A stretch of 32,000 nt of DNA from Planctomycetales bacterium. GTDB lineage: Bacteria; 4484-113; JAFGCY01. Location: positions 2,100,001 through 2,132,000 of the forward strand of contig CP060262.1 in assembly GCA_022646745.1 (NCBI GenBank). Direction: 5' to 3'. A program made the position numbers and the translations under genes. Within the stretch, counting starts at the first letter, position 1, and each line of letters begins with the position of its first letter. The notes under the pieces are model-generated. The model ran no database searches. It was not told the origin of the DNA and worked only from the letters and a program-made list of their open reading frames with translations. This document shows positions 15,149 to 23,713 of this stretch, in pieces.

Positions 15149-15217
15149 CATCATGCTTGCACGCAGTGATGGGAATGGCGTGTGCCGCCGGTGAATATGT
15201 GGAATTGCCGGCCTTGG

Positions 15218-15679
15218 CTAGCCGCGGATTTCCAGCGGCTGGGTGATCATGTCGTCAATGCGCTGGATGTAACCACGGTAGATGCGCTCGCGCATCGTGT
15301 CGTTGTAGTTGAAGGCCTGCTGCATCTTCTCGCGGGCCTGCTGGCGAGCCTTGTCCAGGTAGCCGTCGCGGATCAGCTCGTCAAGGGCGTTGTCGTTGTC
15401 TCCGCGCATGTCGGTCTGGCTGATCAGGTGCGCCGCCAGTTCATAATCGTCGCCGGTGAATGCCGGTCCCCGCTTGGCAGGGTTCGCCATCTCAAACACG
15501 GATACCGCGATGTAGGCCACGAGCCCGAGCATGCCTGCCACGAGGCCGATGACTGACCAGAGCAGGGTGCTGCGGTCCGCCATGCGTGCGAGGCCGAACA
15601 GGAGCAGGCCCATCGCGCAGTGCACGAGGACCGTCATGCTGAGCAGGATTTCCAGTTGCTGACCGGTGAACTGATCCAT
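15218..15679 (-). CDS. Membrane protein, two predicted TM helices plus soluble C-terminal domain
   Basis: The ATG at 15679 is preceded by AGGTGGG. Hydrophobic segments are LLSMTVLVHCAMGLLLFGLA and LLWSVIGLVAGMLGLVAYIAV. No family recognised. Confidence 0.6.
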   Translation of the reverse strand: MDQFTGQQLEILLSMTVLVHCAMGLLLFGLARMADRSTLLWSVIGLVAGMLGLVAYIAVSVFEMANPAKRGPAFTGDDYELAAHLISQTDMRGDNDNALDELIRDGYLDKARQQAREKMQQAFNYNDTMRERIYRGYIQRIDDMITQPLEIRG

Positions 15680-15807
15680 AATTCCCACCTTGAAGGCTAG
15701 CTTACCTTCCTCAGCATCCATTCTAGAATGACCGTTTTTGAATGTCAAAAGATAAAAATTGAAATCAGGTGATATTTGCCCGCAAATTAGCTGATTTAAC
15801 CAAATTT

Positions 15808-16902
15808 TTACTGAATTTCAAGCCAAATGGGGCCGTTTGCAGTCAACAGGAGCAGGCTTCCAGACTGAGCAAAGTATGCAGGCATGCTCCAGTCGGAGTC
15901 AATTTGCAGTGGCAATACATGTTGAGAAACATGTAATGAAGGAATCAAATCATTGGCGGATTCAATGTCTTCGTTTCGGTTGCGCGGCATGTTGCCAACC
16001 GGACCCGAACTGAGCAGCTGACCGCTGGAGGGATCGACCGCCAGCCGCAGGGCGCCATCGCTGAGGCTGATCACATCCCACTCGAGAATCCCATCCGCCT
16101 CGACAAGGTGGCTCAGGCGGTCGCTGCGGCTGGGCAGCAGCTGGTCGTACATCGGCTGGCCTTCCAGGGTGTAGCTGACCTGCGCCGTGTCCGTATCCCG
16201 GTCCAGCACTACGAGATGCCAGTAGTAGATGTCCATCAGCACCAGTGCCAGCAGGCTGTGGCTGTCGGCATGCAGCAGTTCGACATCGGCGGGCGGATAT
16301 TCCAGCGGCAGCTTCCAGCTGTCTAGCGCCTGCCCGTCTGCCGCACTGCGTACACTGATCGAAGGGCCGATGTACATGCTGCTCAGTTCATCCACAGATT
16401 CCCATTCGAAGGTGCAGAACTCATCCGCAGGCAGCCCGCCGGTCTGGGCCTGCAGCAGGAAGGCCTGGCCATCACGCAGCACTTCCTGCCCATCTGGATT
16501 AACAATGCTCAGGACTGCCCCCGGCTCGTAAAGCGAATCCGGCAGGCTGGAGAACGCCAGGTAGCCGGGTTCCAGTGCGAGCGGCAGCATACCAGGCAGG
16601 GACAGGGCAGCATCCGCATTCCGGTCCGGACCGATCACCCAGCTGGCCGGCTCAAGCTGGCCATCCAGCGAGCTGAGCACCAGACAGCCGGCGGACTGAT
16701 TGAGTACAAAGCTCCGTGCATCCTCTACGGGCAGGATATGGTCGCCGTCCCCACCCAGCAGATGCAGCTCCCCAGAACGCATCTGAAGTGAGGCCACTGG
16801 AGCTGTGGCAGCAGGTGCAGCCCCGGCATCAGCACTGTCCGTGTTGCAGCAGACCGGCAGCAGGGCGAGGCAGCTCAGCAGGACAAGCAGGGGATGGGGC
16901 AT
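15808..16902 (-). CDS. Putative lipoprotein, unknown function
   Basis: I chose the internal start MPHPLLVLLSCLALLPVCC (lipobox-like LPVC). The longer track ORF would overlap the glpX start. The 3' ~200 nt is visibly lower in G+C. Confidence 0.6.
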   Translation of the reverse strand: MPHPLLVLLSCLALLPVCCNTDSADAGAAPAATAPVASLQMRSGELHLLGGDGDHILPVEDARSFVLNQSAGCLVLSSLDGQLEPASWVIGPDRNADAALSLPGMLPLALEPGYLAFSSLPDSLYEPGAVLSIVNPDGQEVLRDGQAFLLQAQTGGLPADEFCTFEWESVDELSSMYIGPSISVRSAADGQALDSWKLPLEYPPADVELLHADSHSLLALVLMDIYYWHLVVLDRDTDTAQVSYTLEGQPMYDQLLPSRSDRLSHLVEADGILEWDVISLSDGALRLAVDPSSGQLLSSGPVGNMPRNRNEDIESANDLIPSLHVSQHVLPLQIDSDWSMPAYFAQSGSLLLLTANGPIWLEIQ

Positions 16903-16911
16903 GGCCGCATG

Positions 16912-16919
16912 AGTATAAT
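16912..16919. promoter_or_regulatory. Overlapping face-to-face -10 elements: TATAAT (+, glpX) and TATACT (-, lipoprotein gene)
   Basis: The + strand GAGTATAATTGC reads GCAATTATACTC on the - strand. It lies 30 nt before the glpX ATG and 9 nt before the lipoprotein ATG. Confidence 0.35.
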
Positions 16920-16949
16920 TGCAGGCATTCCCCGCTGTGGGAGCAGGCA

Positions 16950-17957
16950 ATGTCATTTGAAACCAATGTATCCACGCGCATGGCCCGTGGCGAATCCCTC
17001 TATGCCCTCGAACTGCTGCCGGTCGTTGAACAGGCCGCGATCGAGAGTGCCAAGGTGATGGGCAGCGGCGACCGTGAGGAGGCCGACCAGGCCGCCACCA
17101 CGGCGATGCGCACCGCGATGGACCTCTGCGACATCAACGGCCGGATCGTGATCGGCGAGGGTGAGCGCGACGAGGCCCCGATGCTGTTCATCGGCGAGCA
17201 GGTCGGCCGCCCGGATTCGCCGCACAAGGTGGACATCGCGGTGGACCCGCTGGAGGGCACGAACCTCTGCGCCACCGGTGCCAACAATGCGATCACCGTG
17301 ATGGCCGTCGCCGAGACCGGCGGCCTGATCCACGCGCCGGACATCTACATGGAGAAGCTGGTGGTGCCGGCCCGGGCCAAGGGCCGCGTCAGCCTCGATG
17401 CGCCGGTCGGCGATACCGTGCGCACCGTGGCGGAATGCCTGCAGCTGAAGGTGAACGAGATCGTTGCCATCGTGCTGGACCGTCCGCGCCATGAGGAGAC
17501 CATCGCCGAGCTGCGAGAGGCTGGCGCCCGCATCAAGCTGATCGGCGACGGTGACCTTTCGGCGGCGATCAGTGCCGCGGTGCGCGGTACCGGCGTGCAC
17601 ATGGTGATGGGCATCGGCGGCGCGCCCGAGGGTGTGATCACTGCCGCCGCAATGAAGTGCCTCGGCGGCGAGATACTCGCCCGCTTCCGACCGCGCAACG
17701 AGGATGAGACGGCGCGCTGCATCCGGATGGGTGTCGACCCTGAGAAGATCTACAGCACCGACGAACTGGCCCCCGGCGAGAACATCGTGTTCCTCGCCAG
17801 CGGTGTCACCAATGGCGACCTGCTGCGCGGCGTGGACCTGTTCGGGCGTGGTGCGCGGGTCAACAGCATCTGCATGGCCTATGCCTCGAACTACATCCAG
17901 TTCGTTGACAGCATCCACATGGAGGACCGCACCCGCGCCCCGATGATTCTGCGCTGA
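16950..17957 (+). CDS. glpX: Class II fructose-1,6-bisphosphatase
   Basis: 335 aa from the ATG at 16950. GlpX pattern LELLPVVEQAAIESAKVMG, IVIGEGERDEAPMLFIGE, VDIAVDPLEGTN. The track ORF from 16716 is an unlikely N-terminal extension. Confidence 0.92.
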   Translation: MSFETNVSTRMARGESLYALELLPVVEQAAIESAKVMGSGDREEADQAATTAMRTAMDLCDINGRIVIGEGERDEAPMLFIGEQVGRPDSPHKVDIAVDPLEGTNLCATGANNAITVMAVAETGGLIHAPDIYMEKLVVPARAKGRVSLDAPVGDTVRTVAECLQLKVNEIVAIVLDRPRHEETIAELREAGARIKLIGDGDLSAAISAAVRGTGVHMVMGIGGAPEGVITAAAMKCLGGEILARFRPRNEDETARCIRMGVDPEKIYSTDELAPGENIVFLASGVTNGDLLRGVDLFGRGARVNSICMAYASNYIQFVDSIHMEDRTRAPMILR

Positions 17958-18017
17958 GCAGATGCCGCCGCAAGGTTGAATCAGGCTTAAGTCGCTGCGG
18001 CCGCTCCGGTTCAGGGC

Positions 18018-18023
18018 TAGAAT
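18018..18023 (+). promoter_or_regulatory. -10 candidate TAGAAT upstream of the Hpt gene
   Basis: 36 nt upstream of the TTG start. Confidence 0.3.
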
Positions 18024-18059
18024 CTGGCAATTACTCTCTGTCCTGAGCGGAGGCCCGGA

Positions 18060-18713
18060 TTGCCATTCAGCCCACGCAACATCTTCCTGTCGGTGCTTTG
18101 CCTTGCCAGCATGGTGGCGCTCATCGCCAATGTCTTCAGCGGACCACCGCAGGACACCGGCCTCACCCGGGACGGGTTTGGCTGGCTGCTTGCTCTGCCA
18201 CTGCTGGCAGTAGTGCTGTACCAGGCCAGCCTGCTGATGCAGGGGAAGCTGCCGGAGCAGGAAGCACTGCCGCTGCCTGAAACCGCGCCGGCAACTGATG
18301 TGGCATCCATGCAGTCCGCAGATCCCTGGAGCCATGACACCATGCCAGTTGTCAGGATGCTTGATCCGCGCTCCGGGCCGGAACCGGTGGACATCCCGGC
18401 GAGCATCGAGCGCATGGGCGGTGAGCAGATCTGGAATGAGATCATCGATGCCTGGCTGGAGGAGGTGCCGCAGAACATCTCACAGCTCAGGCAGGCCCTG
18501 ATTGATCAGGATCTGGAATTGGCGGAGCGCAGCGCACACAGCATCAAGGGCTGCAGCGCAGAGATACTGGCGGAAGATATCAGCCGCACCAGCGCCCTCG
18601 CGGAGGAACAGTGCCGCCGGGGCAACATCCAGTCAGTGAAGAGCTTGCTGCAGGAGATCGAGCGGCAGTTCAGCCGTGTGGAGCGGCAGCTGTCGGAGTA
18701 TCGGGACGGCTAG
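18060..18713 (+). CDS. Membrane-anchored Hpt (histidine phosphotransfer) domain protein
   Basis: TTG start with GGAGG 6 nt upstream. Two N-terminal hydrophobic helices. The C-terminal Hpt signature AHSIKGCSAEI contains the phospho-His. Confidence 0.7.
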   Translation: MPFSPRNIFLSVLCLASMVALIANVFSGPPQDTGLTRDGFGWLLALPLLAVVLYQASLLMQGKLPEQEALPLPETAPATDVASMQSADPWSHDTMPVVRMLDPRSGPEPVDIPASIERMGGEQIWNEIIDAWLEEVPQNISQLRQALIDQDLELAERSAHSIKGCSAEILAEDISRTSALAEEQCRRGNIQSVKSLLQEIERQFSRVERQLSEYRDG

Positions 18714-19624
18714 AGGATCCGCTTCCCGAGCGCGCTGGCGATCAGCTCCGCTCCGAGCTCGGCTGTGCGGTTGACGCTGTCCAGCACGGGGTTGACCTCC
18801 ACCAGTTCCAGCGAGCAGAACTTGCTGCACTGGGCCACGGTCTCCATCACCAGGTGAGCTTCGCGGTAAGTCAGTCCGCCGAACACCGGTGTGCCGACAC
18901 CCGGCGCGATGCGGGGGTCGATGGCGTCCATGTCAAAGCTCACATGCAGATGGTCCACCTGGGAAGACAGGCGCTCCAGCACCCTGTCGATGATCGCCGG
19001 CACACCCTGCCGGTCGATGTCCGGCATTGCGTAGTATTCGATTTCCAGCTCATGGATGGCACGGGCCTCGCCGGGATCGACACTGCGCAGCCCGATGTAG
19101 CTCAGGTTGCGGGTCTCGAGCTTCGGCCCCTCGAAGGAGATGTTCACCAGCTCCGCCGGGCCGCGTCCGAGGCAGACTGCAATCGGCATGCCATGGATGT
19201 TGCCGCTGGGCGTCGTCTCCGGGGTGTTGATGTCTGCATGAGCGTCCACCCACAGCACACCGAGGCTCTTGCCATTCTCACGGCAGTGCGCCGCCACACC
19301 GGCGACTGAGCCGATCGCCATCGAATGGTCGCCACCGAGTGCGATCGGGAAGTGCCCGTTGTCCAGCGTGCGCTTGTACCAGGTGGCCAGCTTGCCGCAG
19401 GCCCGTGCAATCTCCGGCATGTAGCGGTGGTTCGGATGCGGGATCTTCTCGCTCTCCGGTCCGGCAATGCTGATGTCCCCGTCATCATGCACCTCATGCC
19501 CCAGTTCCTCAAGCTGGCCGGCCACCCGCGCGATGCGCAGGGCCGAGGGGCCCATGTCCACGCCGCGGCGCCCCGCCCCGAGATCCATCGGGAATCCGAT
19601 AATGCTGATCTGCCTGCTGTCCAT
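18710..19624 (-). CDS. rocF: Arginase (ureohydrolase family)
   Basis: ISIIGFPMDLGAGRRGVDMGPSALR, GGDHSMAIGS, WVDAHADINT and SFDMDAIDP are the conserved arginase Mn-site motifs. I chose the start at 19624 (MDSRQ), which has a GAGG SD. Confidence 0.9.
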   Translation of the reverse strand: MDSRQISIIGFPMDLGAGRRGVDMGPSALRIARVAGQLEELGHEVHDDGDISIAGPESEKIPHPNHRYMPEIARACGKLATWYKRTLDNGHFPIALGGDHSMAIGSVAGVAAHCRENGKSLGVLWVDAHADINTPETTPSGNIHGMPIAVCLGRGPAELVNISFEGPKLETRNLSYIGLRSVDPGEARAIHELEIEYYAMPDIDRQGVPAIIDRVLERLSSQVDHLHVSFDMDAIDPRIAPGVGTPVFGGLTYREAHLVMETVAQCSKFCSLELVEVNPVLDSVNRTAELGAELIASALGKRIL

Positions 19625-19658
19625 TAAGTGCCTCAATTCTGGGATAGGTGCAGTCTGC

Positions 19659-19664
19659 ATTATA
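19659..19664 (-). promoter_or_regulatory. -10 candidate TATAAT for the arginase gene
   Basis: Read on the - strand, 34 nt upstream of the ATG at 19624. Confidence 0.35.
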
Positions 19665-19732
19665 CGGCGGGGCAAGCGCACTCGCAGTCCATTGTGGACG
19701 GCATTGTCCCCACTGGCATGCATCCTCGGCGG

Positions 19733-19738
19733 TAGAAT
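19733..19738 (+). promoter_or_regulatory. -10-like TAGAAT 7 nt before the pheT ATG (leaderless configuration)
   Basis: Read directly. No SD. Confidence 0.35.
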
Positions 19739-19745
19739 ATGCGCC

Positions 19746-21653
19746 ATGCCGGTAATCGGAATCAGTGTGAAGCGCCTGCACGAACTGCTGAAGAGCGACG
19801 TCAGTGAGGACCGCGTCGAGCAGCTGCTCGACTGGCTGGGCTGCGACGTGGACGGGGTGGCCGAAGTGCGCCGCCTCAGGAGCCGCCACAGCGACTACGT
19901 GATCGAGCTCAAGCCGCAGGAGACCATCCCGCTCTCCGATCCGCACAGCGGTTTCTCCTCCGAAAAGTGGCAGGATGTCTGGGAGGAGGTTGGCAGCGAG
20001 CGCCAGGTGCTGCTCGAGCTGCTGCCGGTGCGCCCCGACCTGTTCGATGCCGGCGGGCTGGCCCGCGCCCTGCGCGGCTACCTCGGCATCGAGACCGGCC
20101 TCAGGAACTACGAACCGCAGCCCAGTGGCTGGCGCTGCGAGGTGGATCCGCGCATCACTGACCCGAAGTACGGCCGCCCGCTGGTGCAGATGGCGGTGAT
20201 CCGCAACCTGAAGATTGACGACAACATGCTGCGCAGCATCATGAAGCTGCAGGAGGGCCTGCACTGGGCGCTCTGCCGCGACCGCAAGTTCGCGAGCATC
20301 GGTGCCTATGACCTCGACAAGCTCAGCGGGCCGATCCACTACACCTTGGTGGACCCGGACAGCTTCCGCTTCACACCGCTGTTCTGGGCGCACCGCGAGC
20401 CGGTCAGCCCGCGTACGATGCTCGAGGAGCACAGGAAGGGCATGGAGTACGCCCGCTTGCTGGAGGGGCTGGATGCATACCCGGCGCTTGTTGACAAGGC
20501 TGGCAAGGTGCTGAGCCTGCCGCCTGTGATCAACGCGGAAGAGACCAAGGTCACTGCTGGCACCGTCAACTTCCTCGTGGACGTGACCGGCCCGAATGAA
20601 CCGATCGTCACACGCGCGCTGTCAATCCTCGCCTCCTCGATGGTTGAGATGGACCCGACGGGCCAGGCCACGCTGGAGACGGTGGAGATCGTCTACCCGG
20701 ACCATGCGGAGCTGACGCCGGCGATGGCCACGGAGCAGTTCGGCGTGGATCCCGGCAATGCCAGCCGGCTGCTGGGCATCGAGCTTGGCCGGGCGGACTG
20801 TGCACGCCTGCTGGGCAACATGCGCCATGCGGTTGGCAACGAAGCCGGTGACGGGCCGCTGAGCGTGACCGTGCCGGCCTACCGCAATGACATCATGCAC
20901 GAGGTGGACCTGATCGAGGACATCGCGATCGCCTACGGCTACCACAACATCGAGCACCGGCTGGTGCCGAGCTTCACCGTCGGGCGCAGCCTGCCGCTCG
21001 TGGAGCGTGGCCGGCTGGCTGCCGAGGCGCTGTGCGGGCTGGGCTTCTCCGAGACGCTCAGTCTGGTGCTGACCAACGAGCGCTGGCACTTCGAGCGCAT
21101 GCGCATCCCGGAGGACCGCTGGCCGCGCCGTGTGGAGATTGACAACCCGGCGCATGTGGACCAGACGATGATGCGCACCAACCTGCACAGCTCACTGCTG
21201 GAGCAGTTCTCGCGCAACACTGACAACCCGCTGCCGCAGCGAATCTTTGAGGTCGGCGACATCGTCAGCTACTTCGGTGTGCCGGACGACCGGGCCCATC
21301 CGCGTGAGCTGCGCGTGGCCGCCGCCGCGATCTGCTCCGTGCGTACCGGCTATGCCGAGGGCCGTAGCGTGATGGATGCGCTGCTGCATGAAATGGGTCT
21401 CGACCCCGCGAAGTTCAGCATCAACTACGACGAGGGCGATTACCCGGCGGCCCTGCCGGGTCGCTGTGCCGAGCTGTGGGCTGACGCAGAGCTGCTCGGT
21501 GAGCGGGCGGAGTACTGCAACCTGCCGGTGCTGGAAGGCAGCATGCTGGTCGGGCGCCTGTTTGAGGTGCACCCGGAAGTGCTGGAGAACTGGAAACTTG
21601 GCAACCCTGTCGTGCTGCTCGAGCTGGTGCTCGGTGAGCACAGCTGGGACTGA
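19746..21653 (+). CDS. pheT: Phenylalanine--tRNA ligase beta subunit (archaeal/eukaryote-like short form)
   Basis: 635 aa from the ATG at 19746 (MPVIGISVKRLHELL). B3_4/B5-like regions and the C-terminal catalytic-like fold pattern (VPAYRNDIMHEVDLIEDIAIAYGY). The track ORF start at 19467 is an extension across the arginase promoter region. Confidence 0.88.
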   Translation: MPVIGISVKRLHELLKSDVSEDRVEQLLDWLGCDVDGVAEVRRLRSRHSDYVIELKPQETIPLSDPHSGFSSEKWQDVWEEVGSERQVLLELLPVRPDLFDAGGLARALRGYLGIETGLRNYEPQPSGWRCEVDPRITDPKYGRPLVQMAVIRNLKIDDNMLRSIMKLQEGLHWALCRDRKFASIGAYDLDKLSGPIHYTLVDPDSFRFTPLFWAHREPVSPRTMLEEHRKGMEYARLLEGLDAYPALVDKAGKVLSLPPVINAEETKVTAGTVNFLVDVTGPNEPIVTRALSILASSMVEMDPTGQATLETVEIVYPDHAELTPAMATEQFGVDPGNASRLLGIELGRADCARLLGNMRHAVGNEAGDGPLSVTVPAYRNDIMHEVDLIEDIAIAYGYHNIEHRLVPSFTVGRSLPLVERGRLAAEALCGLGFSETLSLVLTNERWHFERMRIPEDRWPRRVEIDNPAHVDQTMMRTNLHSSLLEQFSRNTDNPLPQRIFEVGDIVSYFGVPDDRAHPRELRVAAAAICSVRTGYAEGRSVMDALLHEMGLDPAKFSINYDEGDYPAALPGRCAELWADAELLGERAEYCNLPVLEGSMLVGRLFEVHPEVLENWKLGNPVVLLELVLGEHSWD

Positions 21654-21968
21654 TCAGCCGCGGTCCCCGTCTCCTTCGCGCCTGTCATCCGCCGGTTCTT
21701 CCCTGAACTGCGGATACTTGCTGTCGCTCGTCGCCACTGAACGTTCCAGGTATCCGATCAGGGTCCAGATGATGAAGGCCGGCACCATCGGCGCGATGCT
21801 CAGGCCGCCGAAGCTCAGGAAGTAGAAGGGCCGCACGACCGGCTCCACGATGATGCCGATCAGGTTACGGATAGTGGCGATTGCCGGGATGCCCCCGAGC
21901 CAGCTCAGCAGAACCCAGGCCACGATGATGTAGAAGTAGATCCTGAGTATCCAGATGAGTGCCTTCAT
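21654..21968 (-). CDS. YggT family membrane protein
   Basis: 104-aa ORF. ILRIYFYIIVAWVLLSW and the overall hydrophobic layout are typical of YggT/Ycf19. Confidence 0.8.
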   Translation of the reverse strand: MKALIWILRIYFYIIVAWVLLSWLGGIPAIATIRNLIGIIVEPVVRPFYFLSFGGLSIAPMVPAFIIWTLIGYLERSVATSDSKYPQFREEPADDRREGDGDRG

Positions 21969-22235
21969 GGCGTGTCCTCCCGCGGAATGCGACTCAGCTG
22001 ATTATAGGGGCGGGCAGGGCAGGACAATGCCAGAGGGCCACCCGTGCCGGGCGGCCCTGGTTGGTGCCGGTATCCACCGGCAGAATCTGGCTTGGGCGAG
22101 GGATCGCTCCCCCGCTCGATGTACTGCACCTCCCTCCGTTTTTCCTGCTCTTTTCAGTGCGGCAGAACCGCACATACAGTCAGACGGGCCGTCGTGAAAA
22201 CTGTTCGCGAAACGGGGGCGTAAATCCTCACACGC

Positions 22236-22241
22236 TACAAT
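22236..22241 (+). promoter_or_regulatory. -10 candidate TACAAT upstream of tldD
   Basis: 29 nt upstream of the ATG at 22271. Confidence 0.3.
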
Positions 22242-22270
22242 TGGAAGTTCTCCGAGGTACACATAAAACC

Positions 22271-23713
22271 ATGCAAGAAATCATCGACGCATTCCTCAAC
22301 AAGGCCCAGAGCAGGGGCATCGACTACGCCGACATCCGCATCATCGACCGCCGCCGTGAGAGCATCACCGTGCGCGACGGCCGCGTTGACAACTATTCCG
22401 ACGGCACGGACGCCGGCATCGGGGTGCGGGTGCTGCACAAGGGGCGCTGGGGATTCGCCGCCAGCCACAACATCGACGCCAGGGAGGCGGCGCTGGTGAC
22501 CGACACCGCCATCCGCATCTCCGAGGCCAGTGCGCGGGCCGGTGGAGAGGCCACCCGGCTCGATGAGATCGAGGTGCACAAGGATGACTGCAGCACCCCG
22601 CTGCAGACCGACCCCTTCAGCGTGCCGCTCGAGGAGAAGCTCAAGCGCCTGATGGCCTGCGATGAGCTGATGGCGAAGGCCGCCCCGGTCTCGCACCGCC
22701 AGAGCTTCTATGACGCCTGGCGCGAGGACCAGTACTTCGCGAGCACTGAAGGTGCCAACATCCACCAGCTGATCACCGAATGCGGCGGCGGCATCCAGGC
22801 CGACGCGATCAAGGACGGCGACCACCAGGTGCGCTGCTTCCCGAACAGCTTCCGCGGCCAGTTCCATACCGGCGGCTATGAGCAGTTCCTGCGCTACGAC
22901 CTCGAGGGCGAGAGCGCCCGCATCGCCGAGGAGGCGATCCAGCTGCTGGCGGCCCCGCCGGTGCCGGACGAGGTGACGACGATCATCATCGACGGCCCGC
23001 AGCTCGGCCTGCAGATCCATGAGAGCATCGGCCACGCGATCGAGCTGGACCGCGTGCTCGGCTGGGAGCTGGCCTACGCCGGCGGTTCCTTCGTCAAGCA
23101 TGACGACATCGGCAAGCTGAAGTATGGCAGCGAGATCATGCACATCACGCTCGACCCGACGCTCGGTGGCGGGCTGGGCAGCTACATGTATGACGACGAC
23201 GGCACTAAGGCCTTCCGCACCGACCTGATCAGGGACGGCATCCTGACCGGCTTCATGAGCGGACGTGACAGCGCCGGGGCCTGCGGCCAGCGCACCACCG
23301 CCTGCAACCGCAGCGACGGCTTCGCCCGCCTGCCGATCGTGCGCATGGCGAATGTCAACCTCGAACCCGGCAACTACACCCTTGAGGAGCTGATCGGCTC
23401 CACGAAGAAGGGTTACCTGTTCAGCAACAACCGCTCCTGGTCGATTGACGACCACCGCGTGAACTTCCAGTTCGGCTGCGAGGCCGCCTGGGAGATCGTC
23501 GACGGCAAGCTCGGGCGGATGTTCCGCAACCCGAACTACACCGGCATCACCACCGAGTTCTGGGGCAACTACAGCGGCTCCTGCAATGCGGACCACTGGA
23601 ACATCTGGGGCACGCCGAACTGCGGCAAGGGACAGCCCGGCCAGACCGCGCACGTGGCCCATGGCTGCGCGCCGTCCCGCTTTGACAACGTGCGGGTGGG
23701 GGTGCGCGGCTGA
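22271..23713 (+). CDS. tldD: TldD family metalloprotease
   Basis: 480 aa from the ATG at 22271. TldD/PmbA fold pattern plus the TldD-specific HExxxH site (HESIGHAIE). The stop overlaps the next start (TGATG). Confidence 0.9.
   Translation: MQEIIDAFLNKAQSRGIDYADIRIIDRRRESITVRDGRVDNYSDGTDAGIGVRVLHKGRWGFAASHNIDAREAALVTDTAIRISEASARAGGEATRLDEIEVHKDDCSTPLQTDPFSVPLEEKLKRLMACDELMAKAAPVSHRQSFYDAWREDQYFASTEGANIHQLITECGGGIQADAIKDGDHQVRCFPNSFRGQFHTGGYEQFLRYDLEGESARIAEEAIQLLAAPPVPDEVTTIIIDGPQLGLQIHESIGHAIELDRVLGWELAYAGGSFVKHDDIGKLKYGSEIMHITLDPTLGGGLGSYMYDDDGTKAFRTDLIRDGILTGFMSGRDSAGACGQRTTACNRSDGFARLPIVRMANVNLEPGNYTLEELIGSTKKGYLFSNNRSWSIDDHRVNFQFGCEAAWEIVDGKLGRMFRNPNYTGITTEFWGNYSGSCNADHWNIWGTPNCGKGQPGQTAHVAHGCAPSRFDNVRVGVRG

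Noticed and set aside
16953-18335. 460-aa ORF on the - strand
   Set aside because: It is antisense to glpX and the Hpt gene and spans their intergenic region. The translation is Gly/Ala/His/Arg-rich with no recognisable domain.
19509-21188. 307-aa and 188-aa ORFs on the - strand inside pheT
   Set aside because: They are antisense to a gene with clear PheT homology along its full length, and they have shadow-frame composition.
21969-22270. 300-bp GC-rich spacer upstream of tldD with several short hairpins (for example TGCCGGT-ATCC-ACCGGCA and GTGCGG-CAGAA-CCGCAC), considered as a riboswitch or known ncRNA
   Set aside because: I could not match it to any riboswitch, 6S, SRP, tmRNA or RNase P consensus that I know. 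The ORFs in it are Arg/Pro/Ala-rich shadows. A call would need an Infernal/Rfam scan.
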